A stretch of 61,422 nucleotides of DNA from positions 1 to 61,422 of IMG/VR virus record IMGVR_UViG_3300013126_000033; one strand, written 5' to 3'. This document shows, one piece after another, positions 1 to 9,992 of the stretch. Origin of the DNA: a virus. Lineage: Duplodnaviria > Caudoviricetes. The notes beneath the pieces were generated by a model. It was not told the origin of the DNA. It saw nothing but the letters and a program-made list of their open reading frames with translations, and did no database searches. The position numbers and the translations under genes were made by a program. Numbering within the stretch: the first letter of the stretch is position 1; each line of letters begins with the position of its first letter.

Positions 1-75
1 GGATATAGAGGCACACTAAACTTTGATACTCCAACAATGGGTGTATCATTCTTGACATTTACAGCTTAATCGAAT

Positions 76-477
76 ATGGGGAGGGTAATCTCCCCAATCA
101 ACATGCAAAATTTGACTGAAGATAATTTTTTACAATATGCTATGAAGCACTATGATAATGCTCAGTGTTATAGCTTAGATGAATTTAATGATGATCTAAA
201 AAGATTCTTATATCTTAAAAAGTTATTTAATAGATATAAGAATGAATTAGATCTTAAAGAAACATTAATATTAAATCATATAATTGTTATTTATAATCTA
301 TTTGGAGAGCATGCTACAAACATGCTCTTCTTTAAGATTGATAAAGAGTGTTGGGATTCATTAACTACATTCTTAGTATTTTTAAATAGAATGCCAGAAG
401 AAGTCCCAAATCATAAGATTAAACTTTCAGAAATAGAATTAGACGAATACGTCATAAATGTACTTAGGAATATTTAA
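76..477 (+). CDS. conserved T4-like hypothetical protein
   Basis: 133 aa ORF, coupled to next ORF. Confidence 0.6.
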   Translation: MGRVISPINMQNLTEDNFLQYAMKHYDNAQCYSLDEFNDDLKRFLYLKKLFNRYKNELDLKETLILNHIIVIYNLFGEHATNMLFFKIDKECWDSLTTFLVFLNRMPEEVPNHKIKLSEIELDEYVINVLRNI

Positions 478-1049
478 TGTCAATAGTAGTAGACAATTTA
501 TTAGCTTTTCGTGTTTTATATATGTTGGTTACCCCATTTAAGGAAACTGATGCATATAAATTAGGTATTATTGACGAAACTGGTAAAAACCTAATTAAAC
601 CGTCTAAATTTAACACAACAGAACAGAAAGAAGCATATTCTTATCTTCATAGATTAGTTTTTAATATGAAAAGAATATTAGCCAAATTACCAGGTGGTGA
701 TAATAAATTAAAAAGTATTGTTGCTGCTTTGTATTTGATTAAAGAATACCATCAAGTTAAAGATAAATCATTAGATTTAATGGAAGAAAGACTAGATATT
801 ATTCTTAAATCAAATGCTATTCTAGTTGAAGAAACTCTTGAATTAGAAAAGTTTATGGAATCACCAGAATACTGTGATTCTTGTGATAGACTTAAAAAAG
901 ATTGCATCTGTAATGAATGTAAAGAAGAAGCACCAGCAAATGCAACAGGTGCTGCAGTAGCTACAGATAAACCAGCAATAAAACAAAAAGACATTGAAAA
1001 ATATAAATTAAAAAATGCAGGAATGTTGAAGTTCGTTAGAAGGAATTAA
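477..1049 (+). CDS. conserved T4-like hypothetical protein
   Basis: 190 aa; TPFKETDAYKLGIIDETGK motif typical of T4-like ORFs near primase. Confidence 0.55.
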   Translation: MSIVVDNLLAFRVLYMLVTPFKETDAYKLGIIDETGKNLIKPSKFNTTEQKEAYSYLHRLVFNMKRILAKLPGGDNKLKSIVAALYLIKEYHQVKDKSLDLMEERLDIILKSNAILVEETLELEKFMESPEYCDSCDRLKKDCICNECKEEAPANATGAAVATDKPAIKQKDIEKYKLKNAGMLKFVRRN

Positions 1050-1050
1050 T

Positions 1051-1656
1051 ATGTGGATGTTGAGTTTTATACCTGATAGTGTATTACAAACACTTATCTT
1101 TATGATATTGTTTATTGGTGCTGGCGGGTTTATTTTAGGGTCATTTGGTAACCTATTTTTAGGTATTAGACCTTATAGTTCTTTAATTAAAACTATTTCA
1201 ACTATATTATTAGTTGCAGGTGTTTATTTCTATGGTGGTTATGGTGTAGAAATGGAATGGCGTAATAAGGCCAAAGAATTACAAGCAGAAATTGATAGAA
1301 AAGATGCAGTGTCTGCAGAAGTTACAGAAAAGATTGTTACACAATATGTTGAGAAAGTTAAAGTTGTTAAGGAGAAGGGTGATGTTATCATTAAGGAAGT
1401 TCCAAAATATGTTACTAAAGAATCTGATGCTAGTTGTGTTATCCCTAAGTCTTTTGTCGTGCTCCACGACAGTGCCAGTCGTAATGAAATTCCCGACGCC
1501 GCCAGACCAGTTGATGACTCCGCCTCAACCGTTAAACTCTCTAGAGTAATAGAAACAGTTGCAGGTAACTATACTATATACTATGAAACTGCCGAACAAT
1601 TAAAAGCCTTGCAAGATTGGGTGAATCAGCAAGAGAAAATCTATAATGGAAAATGA
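1051..1656 (+). CDS. Rz-like inner-membrane spanin
   Basis: N-terminal TM helices plus coiled coil; embedded lipoprotein ORF. Confidence 0.7.
   Translation: MWMLSFIPDSVLQTLIFMILFIGAGGFILGSFGNLFLGIRPYSSLIKTISTILLVAGVYFYGGYGVEMEWRNKAKELQAEIDRKDAVSAEVTEKIVTQYVEKVKVVKEKGDVIIKEVPKYVTKESDASCVIPKSFVVLHDSASRNEIPDAARPVDDSASTVKLSRVIETVAGNYTIYYETAEQLKALQDWVNQQEKIYNGK
1409..1549 (+). CDS. embedded Rz1-like outer-membrane spanin lipoprotein
   Basis: MLLKNLMLVVLSLSLLSC lipobox then Pro-rich mature peptide, in +1 frame inside the i-spanin gene. Confidence 0.7.
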   Translation: MLLKNLMLVVLSLSLLSCSTTVPVVMKFPTPPDQLMTPPQPLNSLE

Positions 1657-1963
1657 TATGATTAATCCGGAGAGAATAGCTAAATTGGAAGCACAAGTAG
1701 ATAGTTTAAAAGAAGATGTAGCCGAGGTTAAATCGGATATCAGGGATCTTCATTCCAGAATTACAACGGGGAATAGAGAAATTATGGACAAATTGGATGA
1801 AAAGATTGACGAACTTGCTCGTAATGATAAAGTTCAACATGAGTCTTTAAGACAAGCTATGCTTGAAGTTAAATCTCGTGTAGATGTTCTTGAAAGATGG
1901 CGCTGGATGATTGTTGGTGCTGCTATGGTTGTTGGTTGGATTTTAAATAAAATGTTTTCATAA
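1646..1963 (+). CDS. coiled-coil protein with C-terminal TM helix (holin/XhlA-like)
   Basis: heptad pattern plus WMIVGAAMVVGWIL; next to spanins. Confidence 0.45.
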   Translation: MENDMINPERIAKLEAQVDSLKEDVAEVKSDIRDLHSRITTGNREIMDKLDEKIDELARNDKVQHESLRQAMLEVKSRVDVLERWRWMIVGAAMVVGWILNKMFS

Positions 1964-1967
1964 TGTG

Positions 1968-1996
1968 TTTACATTAATTAAGCCTTATGATATAAT
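1968..1996 (+). promoter_or_regulatory. T4-type early sigma70 promoter (representative of about 15 copies)
   Basis: TTTACA-17nt-TATAAT; related copies start at 2258, 15552, 16319, 16980, 19951, 20688, 23865, 27475, 28750, 29429, 31813, 34962, 40304, 41599. Confidence 0.85.
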
Positions 1997-2023
1997 AACA
2001 TATATTGAAAAGGCATTTATATT

Positions 2024-2254
2024 ATGAAAAAGTTTGATATTAAATGGGTCGCGATGGCCCTTTTTATTTTTGGTGGCACTTTGTTTGCCATTAAATCTCC
2101 TTTTATGAAATGGGGTGTTCCGTGTTTTGTTATTGGACATGCTATTCATCTCTATTATTTTATTACCCATCACCGTAGTAGGCCAATGATTCTACAAAAT
2201 CTATACTTCTTACTACTCAATATCTATGGTATCTATACTTGGTTTATCAAATAA
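2024..2254 (+). CDS. small multi-TM membrane protein
   Basis: three hydrophobic segments, own early promoter. Confidence 0.55.
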   Translation: MKKFDIKWVAMALFIFGGTLFAIKSPFMKWGVPCFVIGHAIHLYYFITHHRSRPMILQNLYFLLLNIYGIYTWFIK

Positions 2255-2311
2255 ACATTTACATTAATTACTATATGTGATATAATTATATTATAAATTG
2301 AGGGTGAATTA

Positions 2312-3337
2312 ATGTTATGGATTGATCAAAAATATGTAAATCTTATTTCTTATAAACTAAGAAATTTTAAGTTGAAAAAGAAAAACTATTGGAATTTTTC
2401 TTGTCCAATTTGTGGTGACTCAAAGACTAATCAATTAAAAGCTCGTGGATTTGTATTCCTACATGATAACAGATTAGTTTATAAGTGTCATAACTGTGGT
2501 TATAGTTCCAATGTAGGTAATCTAATTAAACAACTAGATTCAACATTATATAATGAATATGTTTTGGAAAGATATAAAGAAACATCCAACTTACATAATG
2601 ACCATATTGATCTAAAAGAAACTACACTTGCAATTACAGCTACATCGGAACCAGTATTATATGATGCTATCCTAGATACATTGCAATTAGTAGAAACATT
2701 ACCAGAATCACATCAAGCAAAACAATACTTAATCACACGTAAAATTCCAAAAGATAAATGGAACCTATTTTACTATACGGATAAGTTTAAAGAATGGTCA
2801 AATCAATATAAATTTCAGTTTATGAATTTAGAAACTGATCACCCTAGATTGGTTATTCCATTCTTTAATAAACACGGTAAAGTGTTTATGTATCAAGGGC
2901 GCGCATTTGGTAATGAACAACCTAAATATATTTCAGTTAAACTAGATGATTCAGAGGATAAAGTATATGGACTTGACCGTGTTAACTACAAAAATCGTGT
3001 CTATGTGGTCGAAGGCCCGATTGATTCTATCTTCTTGCCCAACTGCCTCGCAGTGGGTGGAGCTGATTTTGATATTCCTATCATTGCTTCTATTAAATCT
3101 AATGTTACCTTGGTGAGTGATAATGAACCACGTAATAAAGAAATTGTTAAAATGATTGGCAAATTTATTGAAAAAGGTTATAGTGTATGTCTATGGCCAG
3201 ATACAGTAAATGAAAAAGATATTAATGAAATGGTACTTGCTGGTAAATCAATTGAATCAATTATGAACACAATAAATACAAACACATTCCAAGGAATTGA
3301 AGCTAAATTAAGATTTGCATCATGGAGAAAAATATGA
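2312..3337 (+). CDS. gp61: DNA primase (T4 gp61-like)
   Basis: CPICGDS...CHNC zinc finger; TOPRIM VVEGPIDS and DNEPRN motifs. Confidence 0.95.
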   Translation: MLWIDQKYVNLISYKLRNFKLKKKNYWNFSCPICGDSKTNQLKARGFVFLHDNRLVYKCHNCGYSSNVGNLIKQLDSTLYNEYVLERYKETSNLHNDHIDLKETTLAITATSEPVLYDAILDTLQLVETLPESHQAKQYLITRKIPKDKWNLFYYTDKFKEWSNQYKFQFMNLETDHPRLVIPFFNKHGKVFMYQGRAFGNEQPKYISVKLDDSEDKVYGLDRVNYKNRVYVVEGPIDSIFLPNCLAVGGADFDIPIIASIKSNVTLVSDNEPRNKEIVKMIGKFIEKGYSVCLWPDTVNEKDINEMVLAGKSIESIMNTINTNTFQGIEAKLRFASWRKI

Positions 3338-3588
3338 CACATATAGATATAGTTATAGATACACCTTGGTGGTTAATGAGAGTACTTACTAATAGATTAA
3401 AATCTTTTACTAAACCATTATTTTCATTCTTAGTTCCATTTACTAAAAAGAAACTAATGGCAGCTCTCGTAATTGAAACTATAACATCATTTAGACTTAG
3501 ACTAAACACAACTGAATTTGGTATTGGTACATTTAATTTAACATTTTGGATTATAAGGACAGATTATGAGAAAATTAGTAGCGAATAA
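3322..3588 (+). CDS. hypothetical protein
   Basis: ORF in operon context. Confidence 0.4.
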   Translation: MEKNMTHIDIVIDTPWWLMRVLTNRLKSFTKPLFSFLVPFTKKKLMAALVIETITSFRLRLNTTEFGIGTFNLTFWIIRTDYEKISSE

Positions 3589-3943
3589 GATTATTACACC
3601 AGATGGTACAGTATTGCAAAGTTTTCATAAACACGACTATAAGTCTCATCTAGATAAGAATGGGTCTATTTACATGGTTGATGGAGGACTAGAATATCTG
3701 CGTCGAACTGTAAATGATGACCCGTTTACAGAGGCGTCAATATATAATGACGCCCCACATAATTTAATTAGATGTACTTTTCATTGGGGTACTAGAGGTA
3801 AGAATGGTAATCAGCCGCTAGAATGGAAGCAGTTAGAAAAATTAGACACAGATCACATTCAAGCCATTATAGATACTCAATCACACATACCAGAGTACAT
3901 AATGGATTTATTTAAGCAAGAATTAGAATGGAGAAATAAGTGA
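3566..3943 (+). CDS. hypothetical phage protein
   Basis: MVDGGLEYLRR and HWGTRGK motifs; RBS present. Confidence 0.6.
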   Translation: MRKLVANKIITPDGTVLQSFHKHDYKSHLDKNGSIYMVDGGLEYLRRTVNDDPFTEASIYNDAPHNLIRCTFHWGTRGKNGNQPLEWKQLEKLDTDHIQAIIDTQSHIPEYIMDLFKQELEWRNK

Positions 3944-4230
3944 AATTCCGAAAGAAACCAGTTGTAATTGAAGCTGTTCAATTCTTATATACAAGAGACC
4001 AAATTTCAGAATTAACTTATTTCTGTGGTCCTTATATTAGTAATATTGGCAAAATAAATGAATCAGGACAACATATTGCCGAAATTAGAACACTTGAAGA
4101 TGGTGATGGTGGTGTATATTCAGTGAAACATATAGCAACTGAAGGTGATTGGATTATTAAAGGTGTGCAAGGAGAGTTCTATGCATGCAAACCAGATATT
4201 TTTGAACAAACATATGAAAAGGTAGAATAA
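3940..4230 (+). CDS. hypothetical phage protein (KKPVVIEA...GDWIIKG family)
   Basis: motif pattern common in phages. Confidence 0.65.
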   Translation: MKFRKKPVVIEAVQFLYTRDQISELTYFCGPYISNIGKINESGQHIAEIRTLEDGDGGVYSVKHIATEGDWIIKGVQGEFYACKPDIFEQTYEKVE

Positions 4231-4270
4231 TTTTTATAAATAACATTATACTCAATAGGAGACCAGTGTT

Positions 4271-4861
4271 ATGAGACGTAAAAATTATAAAAAAATATGG
4301 GAAAAATATCACAATAAACTTCTTCCTAAAAATATGGAAATTCACCATATAGATGGAAATTTTAATAACAATGATCCCAGTAATCTTTTAGCAGTCACTA
4401 TAGAAGAACACCTAAATATACATTTAGATCAAAATGATTATTCAGCTGTTCAGGCAATATTGATGAGAATGGAAAGAACTGATGAAAATATATCCTTATT
4501 AAGAAGGGCTGCATCTGAACACCAGAAAAAATTATTAGAAGAAAATAGGCACAATTTTCAAAATAAAGAAAATAGGCTAAAACAAAAAGATTCTATTAAA
4601 AAACTTCATGAACAACGAAAAGAAGACGGTCAAGGCGCATTTTTGGGGATAGAAAATATTATTGAAAATAGTAGATATGCTGGAAAAAGAGCAGCAGAAT
4701 TAAATGCTGGGTTTTTAGATACTAATTCTCCTAATCATGGCAGTAAACATGTAAAAGGTACTAAATGGTGGACACATATATCAGGTGAGCGAATTCGCTC
4801 AAAAGAGTGTCCTGGTGATAATTGGAAACAAGGAATGAAATATGAAAGTACGACTAATTAG
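4271..4861 (+). mobile_element. free-standing HNH homing endonuclease
   Basis: EIHHIDGNFNNNDPSNL...EEH; late promoter TATAAATA at 4235; overlaps thyX start. Confidence 0.85.
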
Positions 4862-5513
4862 TTATTCTCAACCGACTGATGAAATTAAAAATGAAGGAAT
4901 ACAGAATGTACAAGATTTAATTGCATTTTGTGCAAGGGTTTCAAATCCAGCAAATCAATATAATACAGAAACATCTGAAAAATTAATTAAATACTTAATT
5001 AAACATAAGCATTGGAGCCCCTTAGAAGTTACTTCTGCTTGTATGGAGATTGAGACTACACGAGATATTGCTCGTCAGATTCTACGTCATCGTTCATTCT
5101 CTTTCCAAGAGTTTAGTCAACGATATGCAGATCCTACAAAGGATTTATCTTTTGAACTACGTGAAGCACGTCTACAAGATACAGTCAATCGCCAGAACTC
5201 TGTAGAGACTGATGATTTTGCTTTAAAAGCAACATGGATTGAAAAGCAACAGGATGTTATTGCTGCAGCAAATCATGCATATAAATGGGCTATCGATAAT
5301 GGTATCGCTAAGGAACAAGCACGAGCAGTTCTTCCGGAAGGTAATACAGTTTCACGTATGTATATGAATGGAACTCTTCGTAGTTGGATTCACTTTTTGG
5401 AAGTAAGGTCGGGCCCAGAAACCCAAAAAGAGCATAGAGAAGTGGCTATAGCTGTTGCACAAGCAATTAGTGAAATTTTCCCTATGGTTGATGGGTTTGT
5501 GTGCGAGTCTTAG
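4842..5513 (+). CDS. thyX: flavin-dependent thymidylate synthase
   Basis: RHRSFSFQEFSQRY signature. Confidence 0.97.
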   Translation: MKVRLISYSQPTDEIKNEGIQNVQDLIAFCARVSNPANQYNTETSEKLIKYLIKHKHWSPLEVTSACMEIETTRDIARQILRHRSFSFQEFSQRYADPTKDLSFELREARLQDTVNRQNSVETDDFALKATWIEKQQDVIAAANHAYKWAIDNGIAKEQARAVLPEGNTVSRMYMNGTLRSWIHFLEVRSGPETQKEHREVAIAVAQAISEIFPMVDGFVCES

Positions 5514-6358
5514 TAACCGGAGCAACAGGTTATATTGGATCCCATTTATGTAAAATTTTACATGATCGTGGGCACTCTGTAGTTGGATTAGATAAAAACT
5601 TTAATCAGAATAAAATCGGGAATTATTGTACAGAGATTATCAATCATGATATAATGGACACTAGTCGGTTAGGTAAGTTTGACGCTGTAATACATCTTGC
5701 CGGATATGCTTCAGTTGAAGAAAGTATGCAGTTTCCTTCTATGTATTATAAAAACAATATCATGAGCACATTAAAGATATTATCAGATTATCCTGATGCC
5801 CATATTTTGTTTGCTTCTACTTCCAATGCATTTGATCCTCAGTCTCCATATGCTAAATCTAAAGTGGCATGTGAAGATATTATTAAAGAATTAGCAGAAG
5901 ATTATACTATCTTTAGATTCTTTAATGTTGCTGGGTCGGATGGGAAGAATATGCAGATGGGTAATGCTACTCATCTTATTCGTATAGCTTCTGAATGTGC
6001 TATTGGTAAAAGAGATAAAGTGTTTATATTTGGAGATGATTATGACACAAAAGACGGAACGTGTGTTCGCGATTATATTCATGTTGTTGATATTGGGAAC
6101 GCTATTGCTAACGCTGTGGAACATGGTCCATTTAATACACCTTATGAATGTATTGGTTCAGGCAAAGGTTACACTGTTTTAGAAGTATTAAATACTATGA
6201 ACACACTATTTGATGTTAAATATGAAATTGCACCACGCAGACCTGGTGACCCTGCTAATTTAACTATTGATAACCAGTTCCCTTTATTAGAAGTTAAACA
6301 TAATTTATTAGATATGTGTACATCTGCAGTACAGGCAGAGAAAAATAGATATAAATAG
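5501..6358 (+). CDS. galE: UDP-glucose 4-epimerase-like SDR
   Basis: TGATGYIGSH, YAKSK, DGTCVRDYIHV, RRPGDP. Confidence 0.9.
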   Translation: MRVLVTGATGYIGSHLCKILHDRGHSVVGLDKNFNQNKIGNYCTEIINHDIMDTSRLGKFDAVIHLAGYASVEESMQFPSMYYKNNIMSTLKILSDYPDAHILFASTSNAFDPQSPYAKSKVACEDIIKELAEDYTIFRFFNVAGSDGKNMQMGNATHLIRIASECAIGKRDKVFIFGDDYDTKDGTCVRDYIHVVDIGNAIANAVEHGPFNTPYECIGSGKGYTVLEVLNTMNTLFDVKYEIAPRRPGDPANLTIDNQFPLLEVKHNLLDMCTSAVQAEKNRYK

Positions 6359-6372
6359 ATTGAGAATTTATT

Positions 6373-6786
6373 ATGAAAATAGGATTTACTTGCAGTACTT
6401 TTGATTTGCTCCACTCGGGTCATATTGCTATGTTAAGAGAAGCAAAAGAACATTGTGATTATTTAATATGTGGACTTCAAACTGACCCATCAGTAGATAG
6501 AAAAGAAAAAAATTCACCAATTCAAACAATAGTAGAACGTCAGGTGCAATTGTCAGCGGTGAAATTTGTAGATGAAGTTATAGTATATGAAACAGAAAAA
6601 GATTTGGAAGATATTCTTGAAATGTTTCATATAGATGTTAGAATATTAGGTGAAGAATATCGAGATAAAGACTTTACAGGAAAAGATATCTGTAAACGTA
6701 GAGGTATTCAGTTACATTTTAATAAACGTGATCATAGATTTTCATCATCTTCTTTAAGAAAAATAGTATTAGAAAAACAAAAATGA
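6373..6786 (+). CDS. cytidylyltransferase (TagD-like)
   Basis: FDLLHSGH (HxGH) and RFSSSSLR motifs. Confidence 0.85.
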   Translation: MKIGFTCSTFDLLHSGHIAMLREAKEHCDYLICGLQTDPSVDRKEKNSPIQTIVERQVQLSAVKFVDEVIVYETEKDLEDILEMFHIDVRILGEEYRDKDFTGKDICKRRGIQLHFNKRDHRFSSSSLRKIVLEKQK

Positions 6787-7943
6787 GGAATATTATGCAA
6801 GAAGCACATGGAATTAAAATAGACTTAAAAAGAGACAGTCTATTTGACCAATTAGGATTAATACGACTACGTGAATCCTATATGACAGAAGAAGAAACAT
6901 CACCGCAAGAAAGGTTTGCATATGTTAGTAAAACTTTTAGTAGTAATCCAGAGCACGCTCAACGTCTTTATGAGTATTCATCTAAACACTGGTTATCTTA
7001 TGCCACTCCTATCCTATCTTTTGGCCGTAGTAAGCGTGGGCTTCCTATTTCATGCTTCTTAAACTTTATTGAAGATACTGCTGATGGTTTAGTTGAAAAC
7101 TTATCAGAAACAAATTGGTTATCTATGTTAGGAGGCGGTGTTGGAATTGGTTTCGGTATTCGTAGTGCTGATGATAAGTCTACTGGTGTTATGCCTCATC
7201 TTAAAATGTATGATGCTAGTTCTCTCGCTTATCGTCAAGGTCGTACCCGTCGTGGTTCTTATGCTGCTTATTTGGATATTAGTCACCCAGATATTTTAAT
7301 GTTCTTGGAAATGAGAAAACCTACTGGTGATCAGAACATGCGTTGCTTGAATCTTCACCACGGAGTTAATATTCCAGATGCATTTATGGAAATCATTGAG
7401 CGTTGTATGCTTGATGAACACGCAGACGATTCATGGGAATTAAAAGACCCACATTCTGGTGTTGTTATTGATACTGTATCTGCAAAAGAACTATGGCAAA
7501 AACTATTAGAACTTCGTATGCAAACAGGTGAACCATATTTACACTTCATTGATGAATCTAATCGTAAATTACCACAATGGTTGAAATCAAAGGGATTAAA
7601 AGTACATCAATCAAATCTTTGTTTGACAGGCGATACTATAATCCAAGTATATGAAGTTAGAAGTGGTAATGTTTTATTAGTGCGTCTTGATGATTATATC
7701 AATAAACTCCATCCTAATGACCATTATAAAGTTTGGTCATATAATGAAGAAACTAATATTGCAGAATGGAAAGAAATTACTGCAGCAGCTATGACAAATC
7801 CTAATGCTGAAATATTAGAAATTGAAGATGAGGAAACTGGTAAAATTATTAGGTGTACACCAGAACATAAAATCTATACTAAAAATAGGGGTTATGTAAT
7901 GGCAAAAGATTTAAAAGAAGATGATGTATTAAATATTGCTTAA
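6783..7943 (+). CDS. nrdA: class Ia ribonucleotide reductase alpha, N-half fused to split intein N-part
   Basis: TPILS, PISCF, GEPY motifs; ...QSNL then intein CLTGDT...CTPEHKI (7620-7940). Confidence 0.95.
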   Translation: MRNIMQEAHGIKIDLKRDSLFDQLGLIRLRESYMTEEETSPQERFAYVSKTFSSNPEHAQRLYEYSSKHWLSYATPILSFGRSKRGLPISCFLNFIEDTADGLVENLSETNWLSMLGGGVGIGFGIRSADDKSTGVMPHLKMYDASSLAYRQGRTRRGSYAAYLDISHPDILMFLEMRKPTGDQNMRCLNLHHGVNIPDAFMEIIERCMLDEHADDSWELKDPHSGVVIDTVSAKELWQKLLELRMQTGEPYLHFIDESNRKLPQWLKSKGLKVHQSNLCLTGDTIIQVYEVRSGNVLLVRLDDYINKLHPNDHYKVWSYNEETNIAEWKEITAAAMTNPNAEILEIEDEETGKIIRCTPEHKIYTKNRGYVMAKDLKEDDVLNIA

Positions 7944-7944
7944 T

Positions 7945-7997
7945 TTAGTAGGTAGAAAAATCTAAAATTATAAATAGATATATCTACCTACTAAGGA
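7945..7997 (+). promoter_or_regulatory. RBS-occluding hairpin with a late promoter in its loop
   Basis: TTAGTAGGTAGA / TCTACCTACTAA 12-bp inverted repeat; TATAAATA 7969-7976; AAGGA 7993-7997. Confidence 0.8.
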
Positions 7998-8003
7998 ATA
8001 AAA

Positions 8004-8750
8004 ATGTTAGTATATCGTGTAACTAATAAAATCAATGGTAAAGTTTATATTGGGATGACTTCTAGAACTTTAGAGCAACGTTGGAAATCACATTGTTCTG
8101 CTTCTAAAAATGGAAGTCGGTTTAGATTCCATGCCGCTATAAGAAAATACGGGGAAAAAGCATTTATACCAGAGGTATTATTTGATGATTTAAATATTGA
8201 TGAATGTAGAACAATTGAAGAACAAACTATTTCAGAATATAATGCAATGTCAAATGGGTATAATGCTAAACCTGGAGGTTGTGGTGGATGGATTGTACCA
8301 GATGAACATTATGATGAATGGTTAACTAAAATAACACTTGCTGTGACTAGAGAAAATAATCCAAAATGGTCTGGTTATTCTGATGATTTTATTTTAGATA
8401 ATTGTGTTTTGCTTTTTAAAGAATATGATGACCCAAAAGAATTTACTTATAAAGGAATACTAGATAAATTAAGAAGTAAATTTGATGGAATTCCTAAGCA
8501 TTTTTCTAAAAATAGGTTTAAAGATTATCAAAATAGTTTTAAATATGGATTATCAAGTAAATTGGGAATTCCTGTTGAAGAGTTGGATAAATTAAGCAAT
8601 TCCAAATCAGAAAATCATAGAAAGAGTTTATCAAATGTAAATGTTGGAAATTCTTGGTATAGTAATGACAATTTTATGATTAGTAAACAATCAAAAATTC
8701 ATCCTGGAGATGGATGGTATAGAGGAAGAAAATATGGCAATAAAAATTAG
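8004..8750 (+). mobile_element. GIY-YIG homing endonuclease between the nrdA halves
   Basis: LVYRVTNKINGKVYIG...R..H...GYN. Confidence 0.92.
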
Positions 8751-9798
8751 AAAATTAGAACAAAGAGAAAAAGTATATGATATTACAGTAGAAGGAAATC
8801 ATAATTTTTATGCTAATGCTATATTAGTTCATAATTGTTCTGAAATTATCTTACCAACTAATGAAAAACGGACAGCTGTATGTTGTTTATCTTCTTTAAA
8901 CCTAGAATACTATGATGCTTGGAAAAACAATGACCAATTTCTTATGGATGTTGCAGAGATGTTGGATAACGTTTTGCAATATTTTATCGACAATGCTCCT
9001 AAATCTATTGCTCGTGCTGTTTATTCTGCTAAGCGTGAGCGTAGTATTGGTATTGGTGCTCTTGGTTGGCATGCTTTATTGCAAAGAAAAGGTATTCCCT
9101 GGGAAAGTTCATTAGCATCATCATTAAACAAACAAATATTTAAACATGTAAGGGCAAGATTAGATGAAGCAAATCAAGTATTGGGTCAAGAAAGAGGAGA
9201 AGCGCCAGATGCCGTGGGTACTGGTAATCGTTTTTCTCATCTTATGGCTATTGCCCCTAATGCTTCTAGCTCTATCCTTATGGGAAATACAAGTCCTTCT
9301 ATCGAACCTTTTAGAGCCAACGCTTACAGACAAGATACTCTATCCGGATCCCATCTTCACAAGAATCAATACTTAGATAAATTAATTAAATCTAAAACTA
9401 CTGATGAAGACGAATATAATGAAGTATGGTCATCTATTATTGCTAATGATGGTTCAGTACAACATTTAAATATTCTTACTGAAGATGAAAAGGATATATA
9501 TAAAACATCAATGGAAATTGATCAGCGTTGGGTAGTCCAACATGCTGCAGATAGACAAGAATATATTGACCAAGCTCAATCATTAAATGTATTCTTCCGA
9601 CCAGATGCACATATTAAATATATTCATGCTGTGCATTTCCAAGCATGGAAACAAAAACTTAAAACTATGTACTACTGCCGTTCAGATAAAATTGCTAAGG
9701 CAGATAAAGTAGCTAAGAAAATTGAACGTGAAATTATTCAAGAGATTAATATGCACGATTTAATGAATGAAACTACTTGCTTAGCATGTGAAGGTTGA
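8734..9798 (+). CDS. nrdA: split intein C-part (34 aa) fused to nrdA C-half
   Basis: VYDITVEGNHNFYANAILVHN/CSEI; AIAPNASSS, DQAQSLN, C-terminal CLACEG. Confidence 0.95.
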   Translation: MAIKIRKLEQREKVYDITVEGNHNFYANAILVHNCSEIILPTNEKRTAVCCLSSLNLEYYDAWKNNDQFLMDVAEMLDNVLQYFIDNAPKSIARAVYSAKRERSIGIGALGWHALLQRKGIPWESSLASSLNKQIFKHVRARLDEANQVLGQERGEAPDAVGTGNRFSHLMAIAPNASSSILMGNTSPSIEPFRANAYRQDTLSGSHLHKNQYLDKLIKSKTTDEDEYNEVWSSIIANDGSVQHLNILTEDEKDIYKTSMEIDQRWVVQHAADRQEYIDQAQSLNVFFRPDAHIKYIHAVHFQAWKQKLKTMYYCRSDKIAKADKVAKKIEREIIQEINMHDLMNETTCLACEG

Positions 9799-9800
9799 TT

Positions 9801-9992
9801 ATGCCGTTTTATGATTATAAATGTGAACAATGTGGTCATTTAATTAAAGACCACAAAAAGGGAATTAGTGAACCACACCCAACAATCTGCCCAGAATGCC
9901 AGAAAGAAGGGTTGGTTCAATCTTATGAAAACTATGACTCCATCGTGCAATATAAGGGTGGTGGTTGGATGAAAACGGATGGGAAATATTAA
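9801..9992 (+). CDS. FmdB-like zinc-ribbon protein
   Basis: MPFYDYKCEQC...CPEC. Confidence 0.8.
   Translation: MPFYDYKCEQCGHLIKDHKKGISEPHPTICPECQKEGLVQSYENYDSIVQYKGGGWMKTDGKY

Noticed and set aside
7944-8733. Group I intron in nrdA
   Set aside because: No room for an intron core; both flanks carry intein motifs and the C-half has its own RBS and ATG.
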